In this document: positions 1-7,056 of the stretch, in pieces
Layout of the letters: every line of letters begins with the position of its first letter
Position numbering within the stretch: the stretch's first letter is position 1
Virus record (IMG/VR): IMGVR_UViG_3300032270_000539
Span: 1-29,040 of that record
DNA: 29,040 bases
Source of the DNA: a virus
Lineage: Duplodnaviria > Caudoviricetes
Reading direction: 5' to 3' (one strand)
Made by a program: the position numbers and the translations under genes
The notes under the pieces: generated by a model
Database searches by the model: none
What the model was told of the DNA's origin: nothing
What the model saw: only the letters and a program-made list of their open reading frames with translations

Positions 1-55
1 CGATCTCTAAGCATTATGTTTATCCATTGGTATATAATCATTGAAAAGGATTACT

Positions 56-172
56 ATGAACTGTCCAATATGTAATCTTGCCAAAGACGGAGAATGGTTT
101 TGGGATGCTCATCAAACCATGAGTGATGGAAAGATATGGTGTGTCAATGCTAAAAGACCTTCAGATACCTGA
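56..172 (+). CDS. 38-aa putative Zn-binding microprotein (not in ORF track)
   Basis: MNCPICNLAKDGEWFWDAHQTMSDGKIWCVNAKRPSDT; upstream TATAAT and AAAGGA SD; CxxC..H..C. Confidence 0.6.
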   Translation: MNCPICNLAKDGEWFWDAHQTMSDGKIWCVNAKRPSDT

Positions 173-356
173 TCCCTTTCAAACCTTTGTAGCCAACAAA
201 TATGCCAATGCTAAAGGCTATGTTCATGACTGGTTTACTGGTGAATGGTCTTATAGTTGTTCTACCTGTAAGGAAGACCTTTCTGGTCCATCCCGCAAAA
301 TATTGACTAAGATTAGATTGTTTCATACAAGAAATGAGTGCTTAGGTGGCTACTGA
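147..356 (+). CDS. Hypothetical Zn-finger protein
   Basis: ATG at 147 preferred over GTG at 123; CSTC-x18-H-x4-C. Confidence 0.65.
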   Translation: MLKDLQIPDPFQTFVANKYANAKGYVHDWFTGEWSYSCSTCKEDLSGPSRKILTKIRLFHTRNECLGGY

Positions 357-462
357 ACCAAAGATTACGAAGATGGATTGGCGTTCCCTAGGCTACTGGC
401 CTGTGTGGAAAGATGGAAAGAAAGTATGGGTGCCACAAGATGTCTCTGAAGATAGTGATTGA
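346..462 (+). CDS. 38-aa Trp-rich microprotein (not in ORF track)
   Basis: GTG start, MATEPKITKMDWRSLGYWPVWKDGKKVWVPQDVSEDSD; fills the gap between neighbours with short overlaps. Confidence 0.55.
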   Translation: MATEPKITKMDWRSLGYWPVWKDGKKVWVPQDVSEDSD

Positions 463-652
463 GGAATATACTCCTCCTAAGAAGTCTAATGGTAAGTTAG
501 TTAAGAATGAGAAGAAGTTCTTCCTCCCCCCAATTCCTTGGCAATGGACGCTATATGATGGCTCGAAGATTGTTTCCTTTGGGTATTGCCACACAGAAGA
601 AGATGCAGAGATCAAGGCTAATTCGGCTATTCGGGATATGCGTAGAGTTTAA
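440..652 (+). CDS. Hypothetical protein
   Basis: ORF track 413..652; ATG at 440 (MSLKIVIEE) fits gene packing. Confidence 0.55.
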   Translation: MSLKIVIEEYTPPKKSNGKLVKNEKKFFLPPIPWQWTLYDGSKIVSFGYCHTEEDAEIKANSAIRDMRRV

Positions 653-726
653 TGGCTTCAGGTGAAGGAATCGGACCTTCATTATCAGTTTCGGAAACTG
701 CTCTACGGCCACTATAGTAACCTGAA
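653..726 (-). tRNA. tRNA-Arg(CCG), atypical
   Basis: Reverse complement folds: acceptor TTCAGGT/ACCTGAA, D stem CTAT/GTAG, anticodon loop TTCCGAA, T arm GAAGG-TCCGATT-CCTTC, encoded CCA. Confidence 0.8.
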
Positions 727-735
727 CCAACTTTC

Positions 736-744
736 AGTATAGCA
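736..744 (-). promoter_or_regulatory. Extended -10 promoter for tRNA-Arg(CCG)
   Basis: TGCTATACT on minus strand, 9 nt upstream of the tRNA 5' end. Confidence 0.6.
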
Positions 745-837
745 CACTAGGGATAGAACCAATATTGCTACGGAGTAGCATAGGGAGGTTTATAACTCCT
801 ATTTTGCGCCGAACTTTAATGCTGTATAATAAAAGAT

Positions 838-1644
838 ATGGCTATAAAAATTCACTGGATGCATCGAAATGCTTGGGATAATAATAAGCACGATCTAATT
901 AAAATGGTTAAATTTTTGGACGAAGCAGGAGTTGCCTCAGTTTTACTACCCTACGGCCCAGAAGGTTTAGATTATTTGCTGTATGTACCACAAATGTTAA
1001 ACAATACAAACAATCTTAGAATTTTAATTGCTATTCCAGCATATGCTGTAAGCCCAGAGTATGTTGCTAAAACATTCAGAACGATGGTTCAGTTTAATGG
1101 AGAAAGGCTTGATCTAAATCTTGTTGCGGGCAATTATGATGAAAAAAGGGCAAAAACAATTTTGTCTGATTATCCAGGAGATGTCTCACATATAGATAGT
1201 CATGAAAAAAGAGTTGCCCTTACTGGGCCATGGATTGAAAAATTTAATAAGATAATGGGGCAGGGCAAGTGGGATGTAGATTATGTATCTTATGTTGTAG
1301 GGACCTCAGATACGACTATAGATATAGCAAACGAACATACAGACTATCTAATAATAAATGATAGCATGCTCACAGAGGAAAAGATGTCTAGACTTACAAA
1401 CACAAAACCTATGCTTAGCATAGATCCATTGATCGTGGATGGTCCAGAAGATGTTGTTGAATACCATGAGTACCACTATCAAAAGGTAAACTATCACACA
1501 ATTAGAGGCACATATTCTGAGGTTTTGGATCAAATTAAAGAAATATCTAACAAGTTTCAAATATTTGACTTTATTGTCCATACGGATCAAAAAGATTTAA
1601 CAAAAATCTTTAAGTTAATAAAAGATTTATCTACTGACGAATAG
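838..1644 (+). CDS. Luciferase-like (LLM class) flavin-dependent monooxygenase
   Basis: EAGVASVLLP, TNNLRILIAIPAYAVSPEYVAK, GERLDLNLVAG parallel SsuD-type motifs; TATAAT 7 nt before ATG (leaderless). Confidence 0.8.
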   Translation: MAIKIHWMHRNAWDNNKHDLIKMVKFLDEAGVASVLLPYGPEGLDYLLYVPQMLNNTNNLRILIAIPAYAVSPEYVAKTFRTMVQFNGERLDLNLVAGNYDEKRAKTILSDYPGDVSHIDSHEKRVALTGPWIEKFNKIMGQGKWDVDYVSYVVGTSDTTIDIANEHTDYLIINDSMLTEEKMSRLTNTKPMLSIDPLIVDGPEDVVEYHEYHYQKVNYHTIRGTYSEVLDQIKEISNKFQIFDFIVHTDQKDLTKIFKLIKDLSTDE

Positions 1645-1680
1645 GTATAACCCTGTGGATAACTGTGTTATAATAAAAGT

Positions 1681-1821
1681 ATGATTGAATCTAGGTCCCC
1701 AGAAAAATGTCACTACTGCGATAAGCCAGCAGAGTACAACGACCTTGTCGGAAATAAAGAGGATGGCTTTTATGTCTCTGGAGTCTGTAAGAAACATGTA
1801 AAGCAGTACGGCCTATCATGA
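1681..1821 (+). CDS. 46-aa Zn-finger microprotein (not in ORF track)
   Basis: MIESRSPEKCHYCDKPAEYNDLVGNKEDGFYVSGVCKKHVKQYGLS; CxxC..CxxH; TGTTATAAT 6 nt upstream. Confidence 0.7.
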   Translation: MIESRSPEKCHYCDKPAEYNDLVGNKEDGFYVSGVCKKHVKQYGLS

Positions 1822-1991
1822 TAGATGTAAGAGGAATTCCTGCAGCAGCCTGTCCATTATGTGGCTCAAAACTATTAAGAATAACTGCAGAGTTTGATGA
1901 AAATTATGAGATTGTTAGATATTTACTTAATGATGCTCAATGCTTTGAGTGTAAGTCTATGATTACAGCCCCTACTCCGATAGATCTTTAA
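1818..1991 (+). CDS. 57-aa Zn-ribbon protein (not in ORF track)
   Basis: MIDVRGIPAAACPLCGS...CFECKSMITAPTPIDL; two CxxC; ATGA overlap with previous ORF. Confidence 0.75.
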   Translation: MIDVRGIPAAACPLCGSKLLRITAEFDENYEIVRYLLNDAQCFECKSMITAPTPIDL

Positions 1992-2310
1992 TAGTTTCTT
2001 CTATCTGTCTTTCTATTATTTTTTTTACAACTCTTGATGATATAAGTTTTGAGTCAAAACATTCTGTATATCCGTTCTGAGGAACGTCTTCTTTCTTTAG
2101 GTATTGTTCTGGCATCTTAGATTTTAGGGTTTTTAAAACCTTGCCCTCAATTATTTTTGCTACCCTTCTTGTTGGCAATATCCAATAATACATAAGTATC
2201 CAACCTTTACGTCTATGTGTTGCATATCTTTCATTGGATATATTTGCAATGCCTATCTTAAAAGCCCTGAGTGCTGGGCTATATATGAGATATAGGATAG
2301 TTCTTTCCAT
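1972..2310 (-). CDS. GIY-YIG / T5orf172-like nuclease
   Basis: LYLI..FKIGI..ERY..H, E in IIEGKV, C-terminal GYTECF. Confidence 0.7.
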   Translation of the reverse strand: MERTILYLIYSPALRAFKIGIANISNERYATHRRKGWILMYYWILPTRRVAKIIEGKVLKTLKSKMPEQYLKKEDVPQNGYTECFDSKLISSRVVKKIIERQIEETIKDLSE

Positions 2311-2347
2311 AATTACATTATACTGCCAGATGTGGTATGATTAGTGT

Positions 2348-2506
2348 ATGAAAAAATCAAATATTAAAGTCTCTCAATCAAAAATGCGTAGAAGCATAAA
2401 AAATAAGAAACGCCTTAAAGATAAGGTTGTTTTATCTAAGTTTGAACGTAAGCAAATTGCTTTGAGGGAGTCCATCATGAACACCTATGGTCTCCATAAT
2501 GCATAG
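2348..2506 (+). CDS. 52-aa Lys/Arg-rich protein (not in ORF track)
   Basis: MKKSNIKVSQSKMRRSIKNKKRLKDK...; TGGTATGAT 6 nt upstream of ATG. Confidence 0.65.
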   Translation: MKKSNIKVSQSKMRRSIKNKKRLKDKVVLSKFERKQIALRESIMNTYGLHNA

Positions 2507-3056
2507 ATTACTTCTTAACACATTTCAAAGAACTGGAAGAAATTTTACCCAAACTGCAGTACATCAATTAGGCAGGATTTGGGTAGACTCTTCTCAATCT
2601 ATTAATATAAACAATATAAAACAATATGATCACATAATTTCAATAATTAGAAACCCTATCGACACTATTGCATCTTTAGCAACAATGTCTCTTAAAAATC
2701 ATGAAGAGTCATCCATAGAACAAGTTGTTGAGTCTGCATCTAGGTCGTGGTTGGACTTTCATAAACAATTAAATACATTTTTAAATATATGTATAGATTT
2801 TAAAGAAATAGAAAATAAACCAGAGGAATTTATTCAAAAGATATTGTCTATAGCAGGAATACCACAGGTAGTAGATTACTCAAGTATAAATATGGATGAA
2901 TTGATGAAAAAATATGCAATAAATCAAAAAGAAGGTGGGTTTATTCTTACAGAAAAGAATAATCCAAGATATCAGGAAGTTCTTAAATGTGTAAAATCAT
3001 TAGATTTATCAGAGCATTTTAAAGTATATGATAGTTTGATCGAACGGTGTGTATAG
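2499..3056 (+). CDS. Sulfotransferase-like protein
   Basis: TFQRTGRNF resembles the 5'-PSB loop; IIRNPIDTIAS matches the 3'-PB motif RNPxDxxxS. Confidence 0.7.
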   Translation: MHRLLLNTFQRTGRNFTQTAVHQLGRIWVDSSQSININNIKQYDHIISIIRNPIDTIASLATMSLKNHEESSIEQVVESASRSWLDFHKQLNTFLNICIDFKEIENKPEEFIQKILSIAGIPQVVDYSSINMDELMKKYAINQKEGGFILTEKNNPRYQEVLKCVKSLDLSEHFKVYDSLIERCV

Positions 3057-3058
3057 TT

Positions 3059-3286
3059 ATGTGGTCATGGATACTTGCAGTTATAGGGGTTGCAGGCATA
3101 TACTTTGTTGGAAGAAAAGATAAGTGGGGATGGTTTGTTCTTTTATTCAATGAATCTCTTTGGATAACATATGCCATTATCACCAAGCAATACGGATTTA
3201 TATTCTCAGCAATTGCATACGCAGCGGTCTATATTAAATCATATATACACTGGTCTAAAGAACCAGTCAACAAAATACATCTATGA
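3059..3286 (+). CDS. Small 3-TM membrane protein, half PnuC/SemiSWEET-like
   Basis: Three hydrophobic segments, KWGW motif, C-terminal YIHW. Confidence 0.6.
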   Translation: MWSWILAVIGVAGIYFVGRKDKWGWFVLLFNESLWITYAIITKQYGFIFSAIAYAAVYIKSYIHWSKEPVNKIHL

Positions 3287-3441
3287 GCCTAGAAAAGAAT
3301 ATTAAGTCTGTTCTATTTGAACTTGGCAAAGAGATTAAGTTTCACCAACTAGACTCAGAGAACATGATTATTGAAATAGACTATGATAAATATACTGCAG
3401 AATTAATGGATGTCTTTAAGGATTATTTAGAAAATAAATAA
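3283..3441 (+). CDS. 52-aa hypothetical protein (not in ORF track)
   Basis: MSLEKNIKSVLFELGKEIKF...; ATGA overlap; stop abuts tRNA-Glu. Confidence 0.65.
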   Translation: MSLEKNIKSVLFELGKEIKFHQLDSENMIIEIDYDKYTAELMDVFKDYLENK

Positions 3442-3513
3442 GGCCCTATCGTCTATCGGTTAGGACAACGCCCTTTCACGGCGTAAAGACGGGTTCGATT
3501 CCCGTTGGGGCTA
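3442..3513 (+). tRNA. tRNA-Glu(TTC)
   Basis: GGCCCTA/TGGGGCT acceptor, ACGCC-CTTTCAC-GGCGT, ACGGG-TTCGATT-CCCGT; no encoded CCA. Confidence 0.95.
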
Positions 3514-3515
3514 CA

Positions 3516-3544
3516 TTGACAAACCTTCCCCACAGGAGTATACT
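3516..3544 (+). promoter_or_regulatory. Consensus sigma70/SigA promoter
   Basis: TTGACA-17 nt-TATACT, followed by AAGGAGG SD and ATG at 3572. Confidence 0.85.
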
Positions 3545-3571
3545 TATTATATACGGACAAGGAGGATAGTT

Positions 3572-3667
3572 ATGCTACATGCTTTATGGTTAATCCCAGC
3601 ATTTTTTACTGGGTGGATTGTTTGTTACATTCAAATGACATACGGAGTTGATCAGGGTGATGAATAA
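3572..3667 (+). CDS. 31-aa single-TM microprotein (not in ORF track)
   Basis: MLHALWLIPAFFTGWIVCYIQMTYGVDQGDE; perfect SD. Confidence 0.7.
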   Translation: MLHALWLIPAFFTGWIVCYIQMTYGVDQGDE

Positions 3668-3797
3668 AGAAATTCGTATTAAACGTTTTTGGGTACATAT
3701 TGGTTTTAACCTAAAAGGTTTTGGCCTTGGGTTTAGAATTGATAAGTACAATGCCAACATTGATTTCCTATGGTTCTGGATTGGAATTGAATACTAA
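3660..3797 (+). CDS. 45-aa aromatic-rich microprotein (not in ORF track)
   Basis: MNKEIRIKRFWVHIGFNLKGFGLGFRIDKYNANIDFLWFWIGIEY; overlaps both neighbours. Confidence 0.65.
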   Translation: MNKEIRIKRFWVHIGFNLKGFGLGFRIDKYNANIDFLWFWIGIEY

Positions 3798-3901
3798 TGT
3801 CAAGAATGATTATTTGCCCTACCTGTAAAAAGGAATGGGATCTTCGTTGGGGAGTTTTTGGACATGATAGTTTGGCTAGACATATGAAGGAGCACAAGTG
3901 A
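3797..3901 (+). CDS. 34-aa C2H2 zinc-finger microprotein (not in ORF track)
   Basis: MSRMIICPTCKKEWDLRWGVFGHDSLARHMKEHK; TAATG and GTGA coupling. Confidence 0.7.
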   Translation: MSRMIICPTCKKEWDLRWGVFGHDSLARHMKEHK

Positions 3902-4140
3902 CAACAGAAATGAATAAGGCAAAATTTGCTGCATATTGGGCTTTAGAGGTTGCCAATGCACCAGATGAAGCATCTCTGCAGTTGTTTGACATGTTTGAAA
4001 CCTTACTACGCAAAGAAATTGCAACAGAGGTAAGTGGGTTATTAGTTAAGTATGCTCCTGATCCATCTAAAGTTATTGTTGCAAATGAAATTATTAAGTC
4101 TGCGCTTGACATTATAAAAGGGGATGAAGACTCTTACTAA
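3898..4140 (+). CDS. Hypothetical protein
   Basis: GTG start with AAGGAG SD; coupled to neighbours. Confidence 0.7.
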   Translation: MTTEMNKAKFAAYWALEVANAPDEASLQLFDMFETLLRKEIATEVSGLLVKYAPDPSKVIVANEIIKSALDIIKGDEDSY

Positions 4141-4958
4141 TGCCAAACTATATCAATGATGGTACACATAACGTACCTGATAATACAATTGCAATTATGG
4201 GATATCAATCTGATAAAACCTATGACGTAATTCGTGATATGCGTGGTAACAAGAATAGAGAAGGATTTCCAAAAACTGCATCTGCTTGCTTGCCTATGAG
4301 CATTGCAAACCAGACTGGCTTTGCCATAGTGAGCCTTTCAGACTTTAGTATACGCTGGGATGGGGGCCACGAGCCTTCCAGTGTGTCTATAACCTGCGAA
4401 GATACCGTTCCTGAAGGATTCTATGGACATGGTGAAGACAACGTATACGGTAACTCAAAGCAGATGATTGCCCCATTCTATTCTGGAATGATATCAATTA
4501 AACATGACTTTTTTATTAGAACCCCGCTTGGTATTAATATGTTTGTTACTCAAGTTCCTAATAACTTTATCCCCGCAACCGTTCCAGTATCTGCAATGAT
4601 TGAGACTGATAATGCTGTTAGAGATTGGGTGTTTAACCTTAAGATTACTGTTCCTAACATCGATATTCATATTAAGAAAGGCGATCCACTTATTGGTTTG
4701 ATTCCAGTCCCTCGTTTCTTTGCAGACTCATTTACACTAAAGAGTGCATATGATATATTTGATACGGAAACATTAAGAACAACATTTAACGAAGCCTTGA
4801 TGTCTAGTGCTGAGATTAAAAGTTTAATAGATGATGCTGGAGATCCACTATCAAAAGACATTGAGGGTGGACTAAATGGTTTGTATGCTTTAGGTAAAAC
4901 AGTTGGCGGTTTTGAATTTTATAATCATCAAAAGATAATTGGAAAACCGAATGGCTGA
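4140..4958 (+). CDS. DUF6065-like (dUTPase-like beta fold) protein
   Basis: CLPMSIANQTGF, RTPLGINMFV..PNN, SAMIETD, IKKGDPLIGLIPVPR. Confidence 0.7.
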   Translation: MPNYINDGTHNVPDNTIAIMGYQSDKTYDVIRDMRGNKNREGFPKTASACLPMSIANQTGFAIVSLSDFSIRWDGGHEPSSVSITCEDTVPEGFYGHGEDNVYGNSKQMIAPFYSGMISIKHDFFIRTPLGINMFVTQVPNNFIPATVPVSAMIETDNAVRDWVFNLKITVPNIDIHIKKGDPLIGLIPVPRFFADSFTLKSAYDIFDTETLRTTFNEALMSSAEIKSLIDDAGDPLSKDIEGGLNGLYALGKTVGGFEFYNHQKIIGKPNG

Positions 4959-5136
4959 TCCAAATGTAACAGAAATTAAAGCAAAGCAGAATATTGTAAA
5001 CATGAGATGGATTGCTTATGGTGTTCTTGATGGTAATAGAAATATTATGACAAGTGTAACAACTGAAACTGCACAACAGGCAGTTGATGATTTAATTAGT
5101 TTTGCAAAAAGATTAAAGCAAGACGAGCAACAGTAG
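4951..5136 (+). CDS. Hypothetical protein
   Basis: ATG 4951; stop TAG lies within the first 10 nt of the tRNA-CAT gene. Confidence 0.6.
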   Translation: MADPNVTEIKAKQNIVNMRWIAYGVLDGNRNIMTSVTTETAQQAVDDLISFAKRLKQDEQQ

Positions 5137-5200
5137 CCAAGTTGGTTAAGGCCCCGAACTCATAATTCGGTTATCGTAGGTTCGAGTCCTACCTGTTGTA
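5127..5200 (+). tRNA. tRNA-CAT (elongator Met or Ile2)
   Basis: GCAACAG/CTGTTGT, CCGAA-CTCATAA-TTCGG, GTAGG-TTCGAGT-CCTAC; lacks initiator GGG/CCC stem. Confidence 0.9.
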
Positions 5201-5204
5201 CTAG

Positions 5205-5278
5205 GCGAGTGTTGCATAATGGTAGTGCACCATCCTTCCAAGTTGGTTGTGCCAGTTCGATTCTGGTCACTCGCTCCA
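5205..5278 (+). tRNA. tRNA-Gly(TCC)
   Basis: GCGAGTG/CACTCGC, loop CTTCCAA, T loop TTCGATT, ends TCCA. Confidence 0.93.
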
Positions 5279-5279
5279 G

Positions 5280-5352
5280 ACCTCTGTAGTTCAGTGGAAA
5301 GAACGTTGGACTTCTAAGCCAAGCGTCGCAGGTTCGATTCCTGCCAGGGGTA
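5280..5352 (+). tRNA. tRNA-Arg(TCT)
   Basis: ACCTCTG/CAGGGGT, GTTC/GAAC D stem, loop CTTCTAA, GCAGG-TTCGATT-CCTGC. Confidence 0.93.
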
Positions 5353-5767
5353 CTTCTATAAGAAGAACATATGCGTGTGATAGAAATACTGACCTATCTA
5401 AATTTTTATTTGATGTATAGAATACCTGATTTGTTTGAGGAAGATAAATAATATATTGATCAAAATCAATAGTAAAATCATTTAAGTAATCTGTTTTAAT
5501 TAATAACATTTTTTTTATGTGGTTAGGATGTATCTTTAGTTTAGTCGAGTCTTCAATCTTGCCAATTATTTCTTCTAAACTTTCTAAAACAAAATTAGAA
5601 AACTTTATCTTTGGCATTTCTTCTTTACTATATGAGTAAGGATTAATTAGTTCTTTATTAATGTCTAACAAGGTTGTAGAGAATCTATCAGTAATGCTTT
5701 CATGATACTGCTGTAAAATAAAAAAAAACTTTTCATGATCTTTGAAGGCATCGTTAAAGCCGTACAT
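5291..5767 (-). CDS. Hypothetical protein; last ~20 codons antisense to tRNA-Arg(TCT)
   Basis: 158-aa ORF following 2 nt after the upstream stop. Confidence 0.6.
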   Translation of the reverse strand: MYGFNDAFKDHEKFFFILQQYHESITDRFSTTLLDINKELINPYSYSKEEMPKIKFSNFVLESLEEIIGKIEDSTKLKIHPNHIKKMLLIKTDYLNDFTIDFDQYIIYLPQTNQVFYTSNKNLDRSVFLSHAYVLLIEVPLAGIEPATLGLEVQRSFH

Positions 5768-5769
5768 AA

Positions 5770-6402
5770 TTAAATTCTTTCAAGTAATGTATTATATAGT
5801 TTTAGTATTTCTTGATATTGTTCAGTTGACTGTATGTATGAAGCAACCATATCATAGTGATCTTTATTCACTTCATCATCAACAAGACCACGTCTGACAA
5901 ACGCATTGCCAAAATCTCTTTTATGCTTACTTCCAGAAATATCAAGAATACTTTCAATAGTTTTAATTGGATCATTCTTCATTTGATCAGTAGAGAATAC
6001 TTTGATATCTTTATTTAAAATTGCACACTTCATATATGATTTATAAACCATCATTTGATGATTAATAAACTTAATATCCTTTTCAGAAAGGACTAACTCT
6101 TCTTTAATGTTTTCTTTTTTCATTACTTCACTGCCGTATATAATTTGTCCTGTTTTGCCAGTGAACCAACCACAAACATTGATTGCAATGTTTTCTGCTG
6201 GCTCTCTAATTACTGTACATAGAGTTACGTCTTCTCCATAGTTACCCAAAGAAATGACTGGCTCTTTCTTCCATATGATCCACTCACTGCCTTCAGCAAG
6301 TTCATTCATATTCTCAGTTCTATCTGCTCTAATTGTTGAAGCAAGTAAAGAATAAAATTGTTCTACCCCAGCATGTGGGTATGCATTAATTAGTATTTTC
6401 AT
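5770..6402 (-). CDS. Divergent sulfotransferase-like protein
   Basis: MKILINAYPHAG and TVIREPAENIA are degenerate versions of the PAPS-binding motifs; same layout as 2499..3056. Confidence 0.55.
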   Translation of the reverse strand: MKILINAYPHAGVEQFYSLLASTIRADRTENMNELAEGSEWIIWKKEPVISLGNYGEDVTLCTVIREPAENIAINVCGWFTGKTGQIIYGSEVMKKENIKEELVLSEKDIKFINHQMMVYKSYMKCAILNKDIKVFSTDQMKNDPIKTIESILDISGSKHKRDFGNAFVRRGLVDDEVNKDHYDMVASYIQSTEQYQEILKLYNTLLERI

Positions 6403-6529
6403 TTTTCTTCTTATGTTTAGGTCTATAGTCATCAAGAATTGCTTTAATTGTTCCGTCTTTTCTTAGACGAACAATCTTTCCATCCTTAATTTGTGTAGGA
6501 TTGAACGCTGTTGATTTTCTTTTTGGCAT
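6386..6529 (-). CDS. 47-aa basic protein
   Basis: MPKRKSTAFNPTQIKDGKIVRLRKDGTIKAIL...; TGGTACAAT 6 nt upstream. Confidence 0.7.
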   Translation of the reverse strand: MPKRKSTAFNPTQIKDGKIVRLRKDGTIKAILDDYRPKHKKKNENTN

Positions 6530-6535
6530 ATGACA

Positions 6536-6563
6536 ATTGTACCACAATATGGTATAATTAATA
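6536..6563. promoter_or_regulatory. Back-to-back extended -10 promoters
   Basis: TGGTACAAT (minus, 6536-6544) and TGGTATAATTAATA (plus, 6550-6563). Confidence 0.7.
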
Positions 6564-6618
6564 GGCCTGCCCAATAGGGGGGTAAATTAAATTATTCGCT
6601 TGAAAGGGGAATAAAATG
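6564..6618 (+). promoter_or_regulatory. ROSE-like RNA thermometer candidate in hsp20 5' UTR
   Basis: Hairpin TTATTCGCTT-GAAA-GGGGAATAA covers the SD and contains UCGCU with a bulged G; second GC-rich hairpin upstream. Confidence 0.55.
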
Positions 6619-7044
6619 AACGCAACACATGCAACAAACTTTGCAATGGATCTATTCAATGATCCATTTTTTATTGGCTTTAACAGAGAGTTAGGCCGTC
6701 TTAACACAGCACACAAAACAAACTCACAATCATACCCACCTTATGATCTTCTTAAACTAGATGAAGATACATTCAGGCTTTCGATTGCAGTGGCTGGTTT
6801 TTCCAAGGAACATATTAATGTTTCAGTAGATAATGGCAGCCTCATTATCCAAGGGGAAATCATTGAGGTAACAGATGCAGAGGTAGTTCACAAGGGCATT
6901 GCAACTCGTAAATTTGTACGATCATTTGCACTTGGAGAATATATGGAAGTATCTTCGGCTGAACTCAAAGATGGAATGCTGCACATCGATGTAGTAAGAA
7001 ATGTTCCAGAAGAGAAAAAGCCAAAGTCAATAACTATTTTGTAG
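6616..7044 (+). CDS. hsp20: Small heat shock protein, Hsp20/IbpA-like
   Basis: YPPYD, LSIAVAGFSKE, HKGIATRKFVRSF, AELKDGMLHI, PEEKKPKSITI. Confidence 0.95.
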   Translation: MNATHATNFAMDLFNDPFFIGFNRELGRLNTAHKTNSQSYPPYDLLKLDEDTFRLSIAVAGFSKEHINVSVDNGSLIIQGEIIEVTDAEVVHKGIATRKFVRSFALGEYMEVSSAELKDGMLHIDVVRNVPEEKKPKSITIL

Positions 7045-7056
7045 TATAATTGATGT

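Noticed and set aside
20-28. Second DnaA box TTATCCATT
   Set aside because: Two mismatches; expected by chance in AT-rich DNA
766-805. Two small inverted repeats (TGCTAC-GGA-GTAGCA and GGAG..CTCC followed by TTTT)
   Set aside because: Could be a terminator or operator, but stems are short or imperfect and support is too weak
1972-2310. Intron-encoded homing endonuclease
   Set aside because: Catalytic domain only; flanking genes are uninterrupted and no intron structure seen
5127-5200. Initiator tRNA-fMet
   Set aside because: No three consecutive G-C pairs in the anticodon stem and no C1:A72 mismatch
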